Assembly: GCA_003278195.1 (NCBI GenBank)
Contig: QCGE01000008.1
Coordinates: forward strand, 10,249-74,248
DNA length: 64,000 nucleotides
Source: Prochlorococcus sp. AG-363-P08
Lineage (GTDB): Bacteria > Cyanobacteriota > Cyanobacteriia > PCC-6307 > Cyanobiaceae
Direction: 5' to 3'
Made by a program: the position numbers and the translations under genes. Under the pieces are notes generated by a model that saw only the letters and a program-made list of their open reading frames with translations, did no database searches and was not told the DNA's origin. Each line of letters starts with the position of its first letter. The stretch's first letter is position 1. Positions 62,131-64,000 of the stretch are shown piece by piece.

Positions 62131-63744
62131 CTAATCAACTGTTGTTAAATACTTGGTCTCAATTTCTTGGCCTGTTCGTAAATCAATGCCTATCATTTTT
62201 AATTTTGCTTTTTCATTGATGCTGAAGTTCAAACGAATACAGTCTTCACCAGGTTGAGTGGGTGGATTAAGCGATATGTTGATTGGATCCCCATTAATAA
62301 CAGCTAAGTCTGTTGCTTTTGAAGATGATTTCACAGTTGGAATGCCATTGATATAAACCACCTCATGATTTCCTTGACTTTCAGTTTCTCCAAGGACAAT
62401 TTCAAGAGACTTTTGGTTCTCCTTGCTTCCAGCAAGAACTATTTCAAGACCTTCTGAAGTAGGCCACGTTTGCCCGTTAAGAAATAGAGGGTGCCATATA
62501 TGCTTTTCGCTTTTTTGATCCCAGCACCTCAAGTAAACGCTTTTTTGAAGTACATCTTTAATTCTTACTCCTGGTGTTAGAGCTAACGCACCTATTGCTA
62601 CTGCTTCAGTTGGTGGAGGGGTTAGAAAAGGTGCAGGAGTTGTCCTTTTTTTTAACCACTCTCTTATTAAGGGAACTTGGGACCCTCCTCCAACAGCAAC
62701 AACACCGGCCAGATCAGACAGTTCACATCCATATTTTCTTCCTCCAGCCAATGTTTTTTCTAGGATGCGATCCAGTGCCTCAAATAATTGATTCTTGATA
62801 AGTACTTCTTCAAGATCGTTTCTATTTAATTTCAGCAAATATTTTCTGCCACTTTCTTTCTCTTCTGCTGTTTCTATTAATTGCTCTGTCTTTGGGATGC
62901 TTATCTGACTTAGTCTGCATTTGAGTTTTTCTGCACTATCTAAAAGATTTTCTGTAAGCGTCCTTTCAGGGAATAAATGATTTGCTATCCATCTATCCAG
63001 ATCTCTTCCTCCTAAACGAATTCCTGATTTTCCAAGGACTTTTGCACAACGTAGAACTTGGCGGCTGCTGACCTGAAGATCTTGGCCATTAAATCTCACA
63101 AGTTCTGCAATCGGTGAGGCTTTACCTTCACCTCCTTCTATAGCGACTAAAGCAATATCAATAGTGCTACCCCCGAAGTCACAAACAAGCAATTTAGAGC
63201 CTGCATGCATCCCAGCACCTATTGCGGCAGCAGTGGGCTCATCAACAATGGCTATTTCATTTACTGGTATTTCAGAGCATATTTGATTTAGCCAGCTTTT
63301 ATAAGCTCGATAGCTTTCTACAGGAGTAGTTAGAACTAATCTTCGAATCTCAAGCTCATGGGGGATTTTTTCCCAAACTGCTCTTAGAAGAGCTTCTCCA
63401 GCTTTATTGGGCGGAATGTGGAATTTCTCCGTTACTTCTGAGGGGGGGATCCCAATCCAACGCTTGAAATCTCGAATTAAAAAAGGGTTATTTTGTCCAA
63501 CTAGATTTGCTTCCACTACATCTTGTCCTATCAGTAGATTTGGCATGCAGTTTTCGTTATGCCAGACGAGGCTAGGGATTTCACCTTTAGTTCGGGTAAT
63601 CGTTGGTAAATCAAGTAGTCGTGGATTTTTGTCTTTTTCTCCCTGGAATGCCACTACTGTTGTTGTGTTTCCAAGATCAATGGCTAGTGTCCCAATCTCT
63701 TTTGTGACAGGAAGAGCTCCTTTTGACCTTTGAGACATTTCCAC
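62131..63744 (-). CDS. Hsp70-family (DnaK-like) protein, atypical
   Basis: AIDLGNTTT, DEPTAAA, DFGGSTID, GGRDLD and VGGGSQVP motifs. Confidence 0.87.
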   Translation of the reverse strand: MEMSQRSKGALPVTKEIGTLAIDLGNTTTVVAFQGEKDKNPRLLDLPTITRTKGEIPSLVWHNENCMPNLLIGQDVVEANLVGQNNPFLIRDFKRWIGIPPSEVTEKFHIPPNKAGEALLRAVWEKIPHELEIRRLVLTTPVESYRAYKSWLNQICSEIPVNEIAIVDEPTAAAIGAGMHAGSKLLVCDFGGSTIDIALVAIEGGEGKASPIAELVRFNGQDLQVSSRQVLRCAKVLGKSGIRLGGRDLDRWIANHLFPERTLTENLLDSAEKLKCRLSQISIPKTEQLIETAEEKESGRKYLLKLNRNDLEEVLIKNQLFEALDRILEKTLAGGRKYGCELSDLAGVVAVGGGSQVPLIREWLKKRTTPAPFLTPPPTEAVAIGALALTPGVRIKDVLQKSVYLRCWDQKSEKHIWHPLFLNGQTWPTSEGLEIVLAGSKENQKSLEIVLGETESQGNHEVVYINGIPTVKSSSKATDLAVINGDPINISLNPPTQPGEDCIRLNFSINEKAKLKMIGIDLRTGQEIETKYLTTVD

Positions 63745-64000
63745 AATTTTGAGAAGGTCGCTTTATATAAAAGGTTAGTGGGATACTTCTTGGTCCGTAA
63801 AGCAGAGATTAGCCCTAAAAACTTGCTAAGGATTCACTAAAGGAAGATGTTTTTCTGGTTTTTTGCCTTTTAGCAATGTTTTGATGGTTCATACAACGGT
63901 TCCATACTGATTTCTCAAATCAGTAGTGACCTGGTTAGGTGCTCTAGTAAAATTGGAGGTGATATTTTTGGAAGAAGGAAGTGTTGAAATCTGGCGTTGA

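Noticed and set aside
63745-64000. Possible 3' end of a minus-strand gene at the window edge
   Set aside because: All three frames are short, no motif is recognisable, and it cannot be resolved without flanking sequence

Overview
Gene-dense core-genome window from a marine picocyanobacterium, most likely a low-light Prochlorococcus. Support for that call: roughly 40% GC by eye, split rpoC1/rpoC2, an hli gene beside rpoC2, and no apcEABC between ftsW and atp1. The window carries rpiA, hisD, rpsT, tatD, rpoB-C1-C2, hli, rlmN, an SSS symporter, a HEAT/DUF2997/Ycf35/ferredoxin/aldo-keto reductase cluster, rsmG, the bioF-K-C-D-A operon, a HelY-type helicase, fumC-purB, tlyA, glnB, queF, ccsB-ccdA-ftsW, both ATP synthase operons, ald, nadE-nadD, pepP, PSRP-3, groESL, secG, gpmI, pyrR and an Hsp70-like gene. 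I see no tRNA, rRNA, CRISPR array, transposase or prophage, and no unambiguous novel multi-gene system. The best leads are: (i) a two-gene unit behind atpD-atpC encoding an unlisted 54-aa coiled-coil protein and a 'transaldolase' with fructose-6-phosphate aldolase residues; (ii) two further small ORFs missing from the ORF track; (iii) two genes that appear to need non-canonical start codons; (iv) structured RNA elements in the rpoB leader and on both sides of the ATP synthase c gene; (v) the uncharacterised DUF2997-Ycf35-ferredoxin-oxidoreductase operon with an NtcA-like promoter. Family calls come from recognising motifs by eye, not from database searches.
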